This document shows positions 8,298 to 18,917 of a DNA stretch of 27,266 bases, piece after piece (within the stretch, counting starts at the first letter, position 1; each line of letters begins with the position of its first letter). The stretch lies in the NCBI GenBank assembly GCA_000388065.2, contig KB932214.1; one strand, written 5' to 3'. The DNA is from Fonticula alba ATCC 38817 (Eukaryota; Protista; Nucleariida). Both the position numbers and the translations under genes were made by a program. The notes beneath the pieces are model-generated. The model had not been told where the DNA came from, did not search any database, and was given only the letters and a program-made list of their open reading frames with translations.

Positions 8298-11275
8298 ATG
8301 TCCCGGGAGAACAGCCCGCCGCCGATGATCAGCGGCTACCGCACACAGCCGGCCCCCTCGTCGCCCTACTCGCCGTATGGGACGCCGCTCGGGCCGCTTG
8401 GGCTGTCGCCGGTCCGGCCGGTGGTCGGGGCCCGGGGCCGCCCGGCCGTGGATCTGGTCACCAACCCGGATGACGGGGCCACCGCCTGCCTGCCCTTTTC
8501 CATCCACGCGGTGACCTCCTCGCTGCAGGAGGCCCAAATTGACAGCCCGCGCGGGAACACCGAGCACGACCCCCATGCGTCGGTGGCCCGGTCGCCCTTG
8601 CGCTTTCTCCACGACTACCATGACGACCATCCTCATCTCCTCCTCCACCACCACCACCACCACCCCCACCTCCACCACCATGGGCCATCTTCGTTGTTGG
8701 ACTTCTCCGGCTCCTCGTCGGTGGACGGCGTGGCATGCGTCCCCGACGTGGGGGGCAGCAGCACGACGGCGCCGATGGCCGAGGGCGACTCCCCCCCGCG
8801 GGCGCCCGGTGTGCGGCTCTTCTCCGACCCGGGGGCCGATGCGTGGCGGCTGTTCCACGCGCGGCAGGGCCCCCGGCCGGCTTCGGCCTCGGGATCGGAT
8901 GCCGACACCGACCCCGGCACCGGCACCGGCACCGACGCCGGGCCCGACCCCGACCCCGACCCCGACACTGGTACCGGTACCGGCACCGACACCGGCACGG
9001 ACCCGGGCCCGGACCCGGACCAGCCCCCGGGGCTGGGGCTGGCTGGCGGCCGGAGCCCGATCCCCGAGGCCGATGGCGGCGTGACGCCGGAGCCGGAGGC
9101 CTTCGCGCCGGTGAGCCGGCCGCGCCCGGCAAGCGCCGGCACCGGCGAGTCGGTGCACGTCCCCAAGCCCGAGCAACTCCCGGCCGGGGAGGATGGGCCG
9201 CGGCTGGCCACGGGCCAGGCCCCCAAGCGCCCGGCCTCCGATGCCCTGGTGCCGGACGATTCGAACCCCCTACTGCGCCCCTTTTTCGGCGCCACCTCCA
9301 CGGTGCGTGTCCCTGCCTCGCCCCTTGCCTCATGCCGTGCCGTGCCGTGCCGTGCCGTGCCGTGCCGCCGGGTTTGCTCTTTCTTTCCCCCTTTGTGTGT
9401 GTGTGTGTGTATGTGTGTGTGTGGGCGAGTCTGCTCGCGCGCATGTGTGCTGCCCTTCGCCGGGGATCGCCCCGGCGCGCAGCCGGCCGGCCACCGGCCA
9501 GGCGCCGCACACAACCGGCGGCAGGCACCGGCACCGACGCCCGGAGACCCTCTCACTCACTCGCTGTCCACCCTGCGGGCGCCTTCCCTTTGCCTCGGGG
9601 CCTTCTCTGGCCCGCCGGGCAACATGGCCCCGGCAGCCTGCGCGCTATTCCTTCTCCCCGACGTTGGCCTTTTCCCCGATCGCCGGGCCGGTGGCGGCGC
9701 CGGCGCCGGCGACCACGGCGGTCGAGCCCTTTTCCCTGTCCCACTCGCCGTCGGTGCCGGCACGGCCAGCCCCAGGGCCGTGTGCATGTGACGCGGAGGC
9801 CGGGGCCGGGCCGCCGTGCGGGTGGCCGGCCTGCCGCCGGGGGGCCCTCTACCCGGCGGCGGCCCGGGATGCCGTGCCCCGGTCGCACTCGGCCACGGCC
9901 TGGATGCCGCCGGCGTCCTTTGCGCCGCTGCCCTTGCCAAGTGCCCCGGCCGGGGGGGAGCCCGGGGCCCGGCTCACCCGGCGCGGGTCGACGGCCACCC
10001 TGTTTGCTTGTCGGCCATCGCCGATTCACATCCCGGCGCCGGGGAGCGCCGGGCGGGGGCCGCGTGTGGGGCCGGCGTCCGCCCTGCCGGGCGGTTGTGC
10101 CCCCTTGGCAAGCTTGAGTGCCCTGCACTCGCCGGAGCCCGGGCCCGGGGGGTCCTTCGGCCGGGGCCCCGGGCCCCGGGGCCCGGGCAGTTCCCTCGCC
10201 GAGGAGGCCGATGCCGAGGAGGACGAGCGGGACCCCTCGCTGAGCCCGCTGTCGCCGGGGGCCGACGGGTCGGCCGCCGGGTGGGACGGCCCGCAGGTGA
10301 GCCCATCGCGGTACAGCGCGCCGCCCCTGTCGCCGGGCACGGCGCGGCGACTGCTGGTCATGTCGTCGTTGCGGGCGGCCGAGCAGGCCCTCGAGAATTT
10401 GTCGCTGGGCCTGCGGGCGAGTGACCTTCGCCAGGCGCCGGCGGCCGGCGGGCAGCAGTCCTCCCTGCTGGATGTGTCGGCCATGTCGCCGATCGGCGAG
10501 CGGCCCCGGGCGCCGGTGGCCTCGACCCCGGGGCCCCCCGGCGCTCGGGTGCCCACATGTGCCCTCTTTTCGCCCCTGGGGCCGGGGTCGGGCGGTCTGG
10601 CCGAGCCGGCCGGCGAGCGTGCCGGGTCCCCGGGGCCGGCCGAGGGGGCGACCTCCGCCGGGGCCGCCGGGGCCGCCGGGACCATGGGGTCCACCGGGTC
10701 GCTGGCCTACCTGGAGGAGGACTCCATGTGCGGGCTCCAGCTGCCGGAGCTGATGCTCTTTTCCGGGGGCCGGACGCCGGTGTTGACGCGGGCGCGGTCC
10801 CTCTCGGCCCGGCCGGCCCTGCCGGAGGAGGGGCTGCTCATGTCGCCGAGTGGACCGGCCACGGCGGGCAGGGGGGCCCCGGCGCCGGGGGCCATGTGTC
10901 CGCCCCTGGCGGAGCCCGACGTGCCGGGGTCCGCCACCGACTCGATGGGCACCCCGCCGGCTTCGGACACCGACAGCCTGTCGATGCTCGGCGAGGATGA
11001 GGACAGCTTCACCCTGGTGGACCCGATGGACGACTCGGCCACGGAATGGGGGTCCTCCTCGCAGGAGGATGCCCATTCCGCCGGGCCGGGCTCCTCGTCG
11101 CTGGCGGCCAGCCCGACAGCCGACCAGGCGGCCGGCATGTGCCTCGACGGGGCCCCGGCCCCGAAGAAGGAGTCCCGCAAGGCCCGAGCCAATCGGGCCC
11201 TGCGGAGCATGCTGTCGGACTACCACTCGTCCGAGCCGGGGCCCGGGGCCGGGGGGGCTGGTGCCGGCGGCAGCA

Positions 11276-11319
<44 letters not shown>

Positions 11320-11436
11320 AGCGGCGCTGGTGGCTCGGCCGGCGATCCGAGCGCCCCGACCAAGCACTCCTTCTTCCAGCGCCTGCTGCATCCGGACCGG
11401 TCGAAGCGCACCCTGCCCGGGTTCCCGGGTCTCTTT

Positions 11437-11481
<45 letters not shown>

Positions 11482-12177
11482 TCATCCTCGTCGTCGGGGT
11501 CATCGTCGTCGGCGGCGGAGGCGGGGGCGGCCATGTCGTCGGCCCCGGCGCCGGAGGCGTCCTTCACCACGACCGGGGCCTCAGCCGACCCGAGTCCCTC
11601 CCTGCCGGCTGGGACCCCCGGGTCGGTCATCGAGCGCGAGCGCTTCCTGGCCTGGCTCCGGTCCTCTCCGAGCGAGGGCGTGTCCGGGTCCGGGTCCGGG
11701 TCCGGGCCTGGCACGAGCTCGCTGCCGGGCTCGAGCTCGCTGCCGGGCTCGAGCTCGCCCTCGCCCTCGATGGCAACGGTGGCGGCGCCGGCGCCCGTCC
11801 AGCATGCCAACCGGACGGGGTCCCCGGCTCCAGCCGGGGGGCTTCCCCTGCCGGCGGCCGCGGGGTTCGGCACGGGGGCCGCAGGCGCCGGCGGCCCGGG
11901 CCCCGGCGGCCTGCCCGGGTCCTGGCGCTCGGGTACCCTGCATCACCGGAGCAGCAGTAGCAGCGTCTCGTCGGGGGAGCTGCCGCGCTTGGGCCCGCTG
12001 GCCGGGGCCCGGCGGGCATCGATCCAGTATGACACCGGGGCGCCGCATGACTTTGCCCGCGCGGCCGGGGCCCTGTCCTCCTCCTCGTCGTGTAGCTCCT
12101 TCTCCCTGCTGGCCGAGGGGTCGCGCTCGCCGTCGCTCGGCTCCCTGGCCAGCATCGGCGAGGGGGCGTCCGGTGGC

Positions 12178-12211
<34 letters not shown>

Positions 12212-12832
12212 GCGGCGGCTCCCTGGGGGCGGGGTTCCGCCCGGGGATGGGCGCCGCCGGGCCGCCGGCGCGCCCGGGTGGCCATCACCGGCTGAGTGCG
12301 GAGGCCGGCTCGGCGGCCTGGGGCCGGCCGGCCTCCGCGGCGTCGGCCATTCCGCTGCACGTGTGGTCGCCGCTGGGGAGCGGCAGCGGCCTGCCGGCCA
12401 GCTCGGCGGGCTCGGTCGGGGACTTGGCCCGGGCCGGGTCCGCCTCGGACCTGGGGGCCATCCTCCCGTCGCCCGGGTCGCCGGTGGCGCGGCCCTCCTT
12501 CACCAAGTACCGGAAGTTGTCGTGCTCCACGGCCAGCCCCGGGGCGGCGGCGGCGGCGGCGGCGGCCGCTGCCGCGGTGGCAGGCCTGGCCATGGTCGAT
12601 GACCTGCCCTTCGGCGGGGCCATGTCCGGGGGCAGTGGCACGGCCAGCCGCGCGGAATCGCCCCTCCCCCCGGGTCCCGGGTACTTGGGCATGCTCGGCG
12701 CGGGGCCCGAGTCCGGGTCCAGCCTCGGTGCCAGTGGCCCGGAGGTCCTTGCCTCGCAGGACGCCGACTACTTCGGCGGCGACGTGACCATGCTGGCCAC
12801 CGACCCCGGCGATGAGTCCCAAGTGGCCGGAT

Positions 12833-12863
<31 letters not shown>

Positions 12864-14063
12864 CGGTGGTGGCCCTCTGCCGGCACATGCCGCCTGGTCG
12901 GCGGCCCCGACCGGGGGGTCGGCCCAGGACCACTGGTCCGGGCACGGGCGGCGGCCGTCCTCCATGTCGATGGAGTCCCAGCATTGGCGGTCGGCCTCGG
13001 CGTCGATGGGCAGCCGGCCGGTGCCGATGGCCCTGCCAGCCGCCGGGCCCTTCGGCCTGGGGCAGGCTCCGGCCGGGCCGGCGCGCGGGCTGCACTCCTT
13101 CCATGCGCTGCCCGGGCCGGGCCCGGTGGCGCGATCGGCGTGCGAGGCGCTGCCGCCGATGGCCTCGGCCCCGGCCCTCGGCGGGCCGGATGGTGCCCAT
13201 GCCGGCCGAGGGCCCGGCGGCGGCAGCCATCCCGCGCATGCGACCACGCGGGCCGCATCGCTGGCCGGCGTCGGCGGCGTCGGCCTCGGCGGCCTGGGGC
13301 CGGGGCCCGGCAGCCGGTCGGTGGCCGCGGCCAGTACGGCCACACTCGACGCCGGGGCCGGCGGCGCCCTCCCGGCGGCGACCGCGGCCCCCACAACCAA
13401 TGCCTTCACGACTTCCGGGCGGCCGTACAATCGGATCTTGCCGCTGGAGGACCAGTCGCACATGCGCATCAGCGCGGAAACCGTGGCGCGGGTCCTGTGC
13501 GGGGAGTTCTCCGGGCTCTTTGACCGGCTGCTGATCATCGACAGCCGGTATCCCTTCGAGTTCCAGGGGGGCCACATCCGGGGCGCGGTGAACATCCACC
13601 TGCAGGTGGACATGTGGCACATGCTGATGGCCGAGCTGCCGAACCCGGGGGAGGCGGTGCGCCTGGGCCCGGCGGCCCCGGCCGCCCGGACACTCATCAT
13701 CTTCCACTGCGAGTTTTCGAAGAAGCGCGGGCCGGACATGTTCGCGCGCCTGCGCGGCTGGGACCGCAAGGTCATGTCGGCCACCTACTACCCGAACCTC
13801 AACTACCCGGAGGTGTATGTCATGTCCGGCGGGTATAAGGCCTTCTTCCGGCAGTACCCCGGGCTGTGCGAGCCGTCGGCCTACACGACCATGTACTGCC
13901 CGCGGCACCACAGCCTCATGCTGCACACGCACAATGAGGCCCGGCGCATGAACTCCGATGCGTGGCTGAGCGCGCACCTGCCCACCGGGGGGTCTCCTCC
14001 CTCCTCGTCGTCGTCCTCCTCCTCGTGCTTGTCTTCCTCCTCCTCCGCCGGCTCCTCGGCCGA

Positions 14064-14098
<35 letters not shown>

Positions 14099-15486
14099 GG
14101 ACCCTGCCTGGGCCCGAGGCCGCTGCCCTGCCGGCTGGGCCTTCGTCGCTCATGCTTTGTGTGACGACCAAGTCCTTCTGCGAGGCGGTGGTGTCGGCCT
14201 TCCCGGAGACGGCTGCGGCGGCGGCGGCTGCGGCGGCGGCGGCGGCGGCCACGACAGCGCCGGCGCCGGCGCCGGCAGCCACCCCAACAGGCCTGGTGGC
14301 CGGCGGCAGCCCGCGGCCGGGGTCTGCGTGCTCGACCACGCCGGGCGGCGTGCGGCCGCGGCCCCTGCTCCCGGAGCACGATGACACATCGGCCCCGGTG
14401 GCCCTGTCCATGACCATGGCCGGGCCCAACCGCAAGCACCCCCGCAGCATGGAGCTCTACATTCAGACGGCGGATGTGTGCGGCCTGGGGCCGGGGCCGG
14501 GGGCCGGGGCCGGGGCCGGGGCCGGGGCCGGGGCCACTCCCGGCGCCCCGGGCGTGGGTCTGCTCCTGAGCCCGGTGTCCATGTACCCGGCGTCGCCGGG
14601 CGGCGGGTCGGCCCTGATGCGGGCGCCGCACGCCTTCCACCCGGGCGGGTCCTCGAGCGAGGCGGCCGGGCTCGGGCTCTTCCACCACCCGCACTACCAT
14701 CACCAGCAGCCGCAGCAGCCGCAGCAGCCGCACGGGGCTGGCGGGACCGGTGGCCCTGTGTCGCTGAGCTCCTCGTCCTCGTCCTCCTCCTCCTCCTCCT
14801 CGTCCTCCTCGTGCTACTCCCTGTCGGCCGGGGGCGGCGGGGGGCGCTTCTTCAGTAGCATGCCGCCGAGCCCCCTGCCGGGGTATGACCCGGCGGCCGG
14901 GGGGGATGTCGGGCCGGGGCCGCCGGGCTCGGAGCCGAGCCCCGGGGCCGGGGGCTTCGTCGGGCGGAATCGCCCGCACCCGGTGCCGCCCATCACCAAG
15001 TCCCACTCGCTGATGAGTCTCTTCCTGTCGGCGCAGGAGCCGCCGGGCCGGGCGTCGCCCTCGCCGCCGCCGGTGGCCGCCGGGCCGCGGCCCGCCGGGG
15101 ACGCCCCCTCGCGTGCGCGGCTCCCCACGCGGTCGATCCGGTCGCGGGAGCGTCTGTCGCTGGGCGACCGCCGGCCCGGTAGTCCCAGCTGGTGGGGCCA
15201 TGTCCCGGGGGCCGAGGACCCGGGGGCCGGGAGCTACGCCGGGCCGGCGTATCCGGGGGCGGCGGCGGCGGCCGCTGCGGCGGCTGCCCTGGCCGCCGCC
15301 GCCTCGGCCGAGAGCCTGTCCTCCGCCGGGGGGGCATGCCTGGCCGGGTCGCCGGGCCGCATGGCCCCCGGGGCCGGCCTGGTGGTCCCCCCCGGGCAGC
15401 AGTACTTCCCGTGCATGGATGCGTCGGGGTCCGACGAGTCGGACGGCGAGTGTGCCGCCGGGGGGTCCCTGCTGGAGACCGTTTGA
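8298..15486 (+). CDS. CDC25: Cdc25/Mih1 M-phase inducer phosphatase, ~2284 aa. Preferred model: exons 8298-9302 and 9637-15486 (alternative in-frame acceptor at 9501/9502)
   Basis: Rhodanese-fold catalytic domain with RISAETVARVL, LLIIDSRYPFEFQGGHIRGAVN, IIFHCEFSKKRGP (HCX5R, catalytic Cys codon 13708-13710), RLRGWDR..YPNLNYPEVYVMSGGYKAFF..CEPSAYTTM. Exon 1: GCCATG start, donor GTGCGT at 9303. Acceptor CAG 9634-9636 follows CTCAC branch-like motifs and an AG-free pyrimidine-rich tract. Identity is secure; the exon 1 to exon 2 junction is less so. Confidence 0.85.
9333..9367. repeat. (TGCCG)7 pentanucleotide microsatellite in CDC25 intron 1
   Basis: Seven perfect units; supports this segment being intronic. 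Confidence 0.95.
13432..13905 (+). other. Cdc25 catalytic (rhodanese-like) domain with HCEFSKKR P-loop
   Basis: Motif order IIDxRY..GGHIxGAxN, FHCEFS..RGP, YPEVY..GGY..FF is diagnostic of Cdc25. Confidence 0.95.
14487..14535 (+). repeat. Eight GGGGCC units (one extra G before the third) in the CDC25 coding tail
   Basis: Read directly; encodes GPGP then GAGAGAGAGAGA. Confidence 0.95.
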
Positions 15487-15888
15487 CGGGAGGCGGCGGG
15501 GCAGGTGTGGTTGCGTGCTTTTGGCCGTTCTCCCCTCCTCTTTTGCCCCCTCGTTGCCGGGGTTTCCCCTTTTTTTTCCTTCGTGCCCCGCCTGCCAGCG
15601 GTCTGGACCTGTCCTTGTGTGTCAACTCCTTCTCTCTGCCCCTTGTCTGGTGGGCCTCTGTCTTCCGGGGGACGGGCGGGGCGGGCGACAGGGCGGCCTA
15701 TGCATGCCGGGCTGCGTGAGCTTGGCAAGCTTGCTTGCGCCCTTGTCACGCATTTCCCTCCTTCCCCCGGGCGCCGGGTCCGGGCTGGGGCCAATACAGT
15801 TGCGAGTTTGTGCATCCTGGACGGAAGCTACACACACACACAGGGAAAGATGTGTGCGCGCGGGCAGGTGGGGGGGGGGGGGGGGGGG

Positions 15889-16028
15889 NNNNNNNNNNNN
15901 NNNNNNNNNNNNNNNNNNNNNNNNNNNNNNNNNNNNNNNNNNNNNNNNNNNNNNNNNNNNNNNNNNNNNNNNNNNNNNNNNNNNNNNNNNNNNNNNNNNN
16001 NNNNNNNNNNNNNNNNNNNNNNNNNNNN
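15889..16028. other. Assembly gap (140 N) flanked by poly-G on both sides
   Basis: N run. Confidence 1.
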
Positions 16029-16444
16029 GGGGGGGGGGGGGGGGGGCGAGGGGCAGGGCGGAGCAGGCAGGCAGGCGCCTGAAGTGAGGCGCGAGGACAC
16101 ATGAGCCCACTGAGCACGGGCATTGGCGGCCAGGATGCAGGCGGATCAGGTGCCAGGGGGGGGGGGGCGGGGGAGGGCACGCGTGTGTCCCATCCGTGAA
16201 CGGCCGGCCACTCCGGGAGCCCCGATGTTCAGGGGTCGCGCGCTGCCCATGGTCTAGGCGGACCGGCGGAGGCGCAACCGTGCGAGCCAGCACGCGCCGG
16301 CATGCTTCTCTCGGGCGAGCCGGGCCTCGCCGCGTGGCGGCCGCGGTGCGTGACGCCGGGCCCGCCGTCGATGGCGGGCGTTGCCGGATGTGACACGGGT
16401 CATGGGTGATCTTGCGGACCTCCCTGATGCGACCAGGCGCGCGC

Positions 16445-16478
<34 letters not shown>

Positions 16479-16580
16479 CCGGCCCCCCTTCCCGGGGTCC
16501 CGAGTGCGGCGATGATTCGGTTCGCCGTGGCGGCTGGCGCCCGGAATGGCACCCACGGGCCTGCCACGGTGCACGCATCC

Positions 16581-16676
16581 GCGCGCGCACACACACACAC
16601 ACACACGTATATACATACATGCACACGCGCGCACATGCACGCTTGCATGCACATACATGTATGTGTGTGTGTGCAT
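16581..16676. repeat. Compound alternating purine-pyrimidine tract (62 bp + 32 bp) containing a perfect 16-bp palindrome at 16650-16665
   Basis: RY alternation broken only by TT at 16643-16644; palindrome CACATACATGTATGTG. Confidence 0.9.
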
Positions 16677-18881
16677 TTTGCATGCAAACAGATGCGCCCA
16701 TGCCGCCAGTAGATCTCTGGGGTTCGGGGGCCGGCCCGGCGGCTGGCGGACCTGCGGCGGGCTCTTCCTCGGCCGGGGAGGATGAAACCGAGAGTCCCGG
16801 CGCCCAAAAAGCAAGGCCGGGAGAAGGGGGGGGGGGACGGGGCGGTTGCGTGGTCCGCCGGAGCCCCCTGGCGTTGGGACTTTCACGCGTGGGGGGCGCG
16901 CGCATCTGCAAACGCCCACCGGGCAGATGTGCGCCGGGCGCGGCCCGGGCGCCTGTCAGAGGCCGGACCCCGGGCGCCTGGCGAGCAGCGTGCCCTGGGG
17001 ACATGGGTTGCCGCCGGCTCCCGGTGGCCTCTTAGGCAGGGCGGCGCGCCCGGCCTCGGCACCGGCGGCTGCCCCACCGCGGGGGCCTTTGGGGCGGCCC
17101 GGTTCCTCCCGGAGGCCGACCGCCACCGGGGCTCAGGCACCGTGTCGCCGTAATGGTGGGCGCCTCGGGCGCGCGCGCGCAGGCGCCTGTGCATCTCCTT
17201 TGGGAGGGGTCTCGGCCGCCAGATGGGGCAGCCAGCCGGGCCCCGGGGCGCGATGTCGCCCGGGCTCTTTTGTGTTAGTCCACAACCGCCGTGCCAGGGC
17301 GGACAGGGGCCGGGGGCTTTCCTTCGGTCCTCCTGCCCTTCCGGTGGAGCGGCTGCCGATTGCGGGGCGGTCTGCCGGGGTCCAGCGTGTGTGTGTGTGT
17401 GTGTGTGTGTACCTCGCGCGCGCACATGCTCGTGTGTTCCTGACAGACACGCACATTTACATGGCTGTGCCTTTTGGCCACCAGCGCACGGATGGGAGCG
17501 AACAGGCCTCTGCCGCGGGGTCTGGTAGTTAGACCGAGATCGGCCGGCGCCCCCCGCAGGGGACGAGACCGGCATGGAAACGGGCGGCAGGGACGCGGCG
17601 GCGTCATCGCGTCGGGCTAGGACGTGGGGTGGGACCCCGACACGGGGGCGTCGGGCGCGGGCGGCCTGTGTGTCCACCGTGCCGGCCGCCGGGCTGCCAG
17701 GCTGTGGTGTTTGTGTGAAGGAGGGAGAGAGAGAGAGAGAGGGGGGGGGGAGCAGGGAGTGGACATTGAATGGTTGGCCCACCGGGCATGATGCGCCTCG
17801 GGAGGGTGCGTGGAGGGGCGATACGCGGCGCAGGCACGGGGAGGACATGCGTATCGTGGGGGTACCCTCGTTTGCGCTGGGCGCCCCGCGCCCCTCCCTC
17901 GCCTGGGCGATCGTCGGGGCGGCACGAGTGGTCGGCATGGGGCCGGCAATGTTTGCCAAGGGCGCGGTGGCCAGGCCCCCGAGGGAAGAGCCTCTGTGTG
18001 AGGGGATGTATGTGTGTGTGTGTGTATTAGCGTCCGCCCGTCGCCCCGAATCCGGCCTGCCAGGCATTCGCAACGGCCATATAGCGCGCGCCCCTGGTGC
18101 GCCCTCGGGAGATTGTCGGCCTGGCCATGGATGCAAGTGAGTGTGCGTGTGGGTGTGTCTGTGTGTGGCGTGCGCGCGTGTGTCCAGAGAGCCCGGGCTA
18201 CCCGGCCTCCCCGTTGGGGGGCATCGAGGCCGGCAAGGGGAGGCGGGATGCCTGTCGCCGGCCCCTTGACCGGGGAGCCTGGGCGCCTGCGCGCGAACCG
18301 GCACGCGCCCAGGCCACCCCGGGGAGGCACGGCAAGAAGGGCCCGGCAAAGGGCGGCGAGCGTGACCGATCGGCAAACACCGCGCCGCCGAGAAGGGACC
18401 AAGCCGGGATATGGCCCAAATGAGTGTACGCCGACGACGGCAACGCGGCCAAGCCGCCGGCCTCATAACAAACATCCATCTATGCGTGGTGGCTTGTCCC
18501 GGCGTGCGCGGGAGTGTGGGCGCGCCCGTGCGCGGGCGAGGCTTTTGACGGCTGGCCGCGCCGGTGGCATGTGCTCGTACGGGGCGTCCCCGGGCCGGCG
18601 CGGCCGCGATCGCCGGCAAACAAAGGCCCCTTGGGCGGCCGGACGCCCGGGCGCCCCTGCCTTCTGTGTGGGCGCGGGGGCCTCTGACGCGCCTGCATGC
18701 ACGCGCGCCGGCAGGATGCTCCCGCTCCGGCGCGCGCGCGAGAGAGAGAGAGAGAAAAAAAGGGGCCCGTTGCCGCGGAGCCGCACCCGCGACAGGCCGC
18801 CAGGGACCAGACGCTGGAGTGCGTCTCTGTGGAGCGGGGAACGCCGCGTCCGCGCGTGCGCGCGGACGCGCCCCCCTCCCC

Positions 18882-18917
<36 letters not shown>

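Noticed and set aside
9247-9275. tRNA T-arm-like GGGGGTTCGAATCGTCCGGCACCA on the minus strand
   Set aside because: No room for D and anticodon arms, mismatched stems, and it lies in CDC25 coding exon 1.
9193-9636. N-terminus of the 2097-aa ORF taken as the CDC25 start
   Set aside because: It translates (TGCCG)7 and (TG)n microsatellites (PCRAVPCRAV, CVCVCV) following a GTGCGT donor, so it is intronic.
9553-15201. Long minus-strand ORFs 9553-11391 (612 aa) and 11581-15201 (1206 aa)
   Set aside because: Antisense shadows of the GC3-rich CDC25 exon; Arg/Gly-rich with no domain.
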